Below, one piece after another: positions 63,001-64,000 of a stretch of DNA of 64,000 nt. A model generated the notes under the pieces. The model was given only the letters and a program-made list of their open reading frames with translations, did not search any database and was not told the DNA's origin. This DNA is from Candidatus Hermodarchaeota archaeon (GTDB lineage Archaea; Asgardarchaeota; Hermodarchaeia; Hermodarchaeales; Hermodarchaeaceae): contig JAEOTO010000032.1 of assembly GCA_016839805.1 (NCBI GenBank), forward strand, positions 1 to 64,000. The letters run 5' to 3'. Each line of letters opens with the position of its first letter. The stretch's first letter is position 1. The position numbers were made by a program, and so were the translations under genes.

Positions 63001-63755
63001 GTGGGGGCTTTTCGGCGGGATCTTGCGGTGACGTCTTGGGTGGAGCGTAAGATGCCGACGACGCGGCAGGGGTCGCCTGGTCGTGCGGTGTCGACGATGT
63101 CATCTTGGAGAATGCAGTCGAGGGCGCGTGGGAGGGCTCCAGGGGGGAGTTCTTCGGGTTTTTCTTGGAGTCGGATTTTTTGCCAATCAACAAACTTGGA
63201 CCGTTCGGGTATGAGTTCAAATGGTCCTTTACTTCGGCAGGTGTCGTTAGGACAGGTTGTGGGGGTGACAAATTGGTTGCCTTGTGGAATGGGACCTATG
63301 AGGTCTTGGCATTGGCGGCATTTGAAGAGGCCTTCGACGAGAAGGGGTTTAACGTCACTAACTCGAGTTACTAATGCATCAACCATAATGAGTTGGCTGA
63401 TATTTTCTGCGCGAATGGTTCGTACGGAAACGCGATCAGGAACTTCTTTGAAGCGTGCGTGAAGTTTTTGCGTAATTGTAGTTTCATAGTAATCTGGATC
63501 AACGATGCGGAGTATTCGTTTAATGGCAGCTGAAGCTGCGTCTATTGCCTGTTGAGGTTTTTCTTTTGTAGCAGCAGCTAAATCAGGATCAAAAGTTAGA
63601 AGATGGTTGAAATCAACTGAGATGGAAACGAGTTTTTCAAGACTTAGTCGTGATATGGCATCGTGGTAAGGAGTTTCGCCTTCTTCGGTTTTATAGGATT
63701 TGAAAAATTCTTCAAAGCGGGTGATGTAATCAATTTCTTCAGTCACCAATTTCAA
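60072..63755 (-). CDS. mcm: MCM replicative helicase containing an intein
   Basis: DWQKIRLQE, SIAPSIYG, GDPGTAKSQLL, TA-[intein]-CIDEFDKM, SRFD, ITARQLE. Confidence 0.96.
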   Translation of the reverse strand: MKLVTEEIDYITRFEEFFKSYKTEEGETPYHDAISRLSLEKLVSISVDFNHLLTFDPDLAAATKEKPQQAIDAASAAIKRILRIVDPDYYETTITQKLHARFKEVPDRVSVRTIRAENISQLIMVDALVTRVSDVKPLLVEGLFKCRQCQDLIGPIPQGNQFVTPTTCPNDTCRSKGPFELIPERSKFVDWQKIRLQEKPEELPPGALPRALDCILQDDIVDTARPGDPCRVVGILRSTQDVTARSRRKAPTFSVFLATNYIAVSEREADRVEITPKEEKEILKLSKDPLVHRKLVNSIAPSIYGLTDIKEAISLLLFGGVSKVLADGVKIRGDSNILLVGDPGTAKSQLLKYVAQIAPRGLYTSGKGSTAAGLTAAVLRDPDTEGFALEAGALVLADRGTACLHPSSRILINNQLMTIEEAYTTTTPKSAISNGKKVMIGEIDAKVPSLTKSLDIIECKSTYIRKKECSDALLKITTETGFQTILTPDHMLLDGASLDWKMAQNFKTGDSLIAPLKLPGHKNPVQIFDIIPDDWIVCLNKSEKTELRDALLCDFPSLASINRFFGLRRDVLSGRSQMKVSSLREILAYLGLLEDWKKRNLSFGRKHKGDRLKVSTITPEMAYFFGFVFGDSWERINNRRSVLPIRQSIVNQAQIKRIQEFYSTFSNRSLRIYPRVTKNKIEDRIVLSNSLTLTAHSNLLALIFNFLTKDHLSNLHKLPDLSLSAYLAGIVDSDGCIEIKRDTRNSSEYNTVHIDIQCSNDRRENLALLLALRRFDCYGRLKPGRGVIHIQITARTDVEALLSAIKPFSVKVKPLPSPKRTLSSLSDKIPSKTVAQLATQISKLNTSMLIKKGLWSTIYSYKHQRYSPSRGQLQKIQTRLENQLSLSQHEIINNLLKRDYFLDPIMSIEEIPYIGPVYDLYVPKTHNFLADGLITHNCIDEFDKMRPQDRTAIHESMEQHTVSIAKAGIVATLNARTAILAAANPNLGRYVPERSFAENVNLPVTLLSRFDLIFTLTDLPESERDERTAEHIIALHKQRGGVKDPPIPGELLRKYIAFARRSISPELTDEALNVVKEFYLGMRKSGERENAPVPITARQLESLIRLAEAHAKMALREKVIVEDAQAAIRLVQVSLQQVGFDHETGEYDVDNIMIGRPRSQREKLRAILMMIRDLAKESPTGVPIEKLMERAKLANLSETFVQEAINQLVKEGEIYSPRPGILRFAGS
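60945..62549 (-). mobile_element. Intein (535 aa) with LAGLIDADG domain in MCM, just before Walker B
   Basis: Begins CLHPSSRI, ends FLADGLITHN before Cys; FGFVFGDS and LAGIVDSDG motifs. Confidence 0.93.
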
Positions 63756-64000
63756 TCTCCAAAACTTGTGTTTGCCAATTTCGTAGAAGAGTAACTAATC
63801 GGTCAAAAAGCCAACGTTCTTCGCCGGTCATTTTCTTTTTGATATTGCGTAAGCGTTCTTCGCGTAGAGATAATTTCATTAGTTTCAATAGTCTATTTGA
63901 GATTAAGTCACGCATTAACTGTTCTATTTTACTTTGGGCAGCTAATCGGATATCATTTGGTTGGTCTCTATTCTGTAGGGCTAGTTGCTCTATACGTTTT
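63739..64000 (-). CDS. Probable GINS23 C-terminal part (partial)
   Basis: Manual translation ...LMRDLISNRLLKLMKL...MTGEERWLF...NW; overlaps the mcm start as in gins23-mcm operons. Confidence 0.7.
   Translation of the reverse strand, partial: KRIEQLALQNRDQPNDIRLAAQSKIEQLMRDLISNRLLKLMKLSLREERLRNIKKKMTGEERWLFDRLVTLLRNWQTQVLEIEIGD

Noticed and set aside
62885-63462. Pro/Ser-rich and antisense ORFs within mcm, and the other short overlapping ORFs in the track
   Set aside because: Alternative-frame or antisense by-products of real genes, tRNAs and local skew; no recognisable motifs.

Overview
Archaeal core-genome region; gene content suggests TACK/Asgard, which is an inference I cannot confirm without a search. 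It holds ribosomal protein, RNA polymerase and EF-1A clusters, 12 tRNA genes with 15 predicted BHB introns (11 at non-canonical positions), a stand-alone 5S rRNA, an enlarged SRP RNA, a three-motif H/ACA guide RNA, tRNA splicing genes (EndA, archease, RtcB), and intein-bearing Hel308 and MCM. The strongest signal is at 21.7-28.8 kb. Three transposase-less TnpB/Cas12f-like nucleases with intact RuvC motifs each carry a predicted guide that is a near-copy of an essential neighbouring sequence, while the resident copy differs from the guide. The IS607-type guide (27552-27566) exactly matches the adjacent tRNA-Met gene only after one 32-nt non-canonical intron is removed, which suggests RNA-guided homing of a tRNA intron. 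The Cas12f-like guide is a variant tRNA-Thr 3' end. Separately, dnaG is interrupted by a 28-nt bulge-helix-bulge mRNA intron whose predicted splicing restores the conserved EGLLG motif, and two genes appear to start at AUA/AUU. All calls were made by eye, with no database searches or folding programs.
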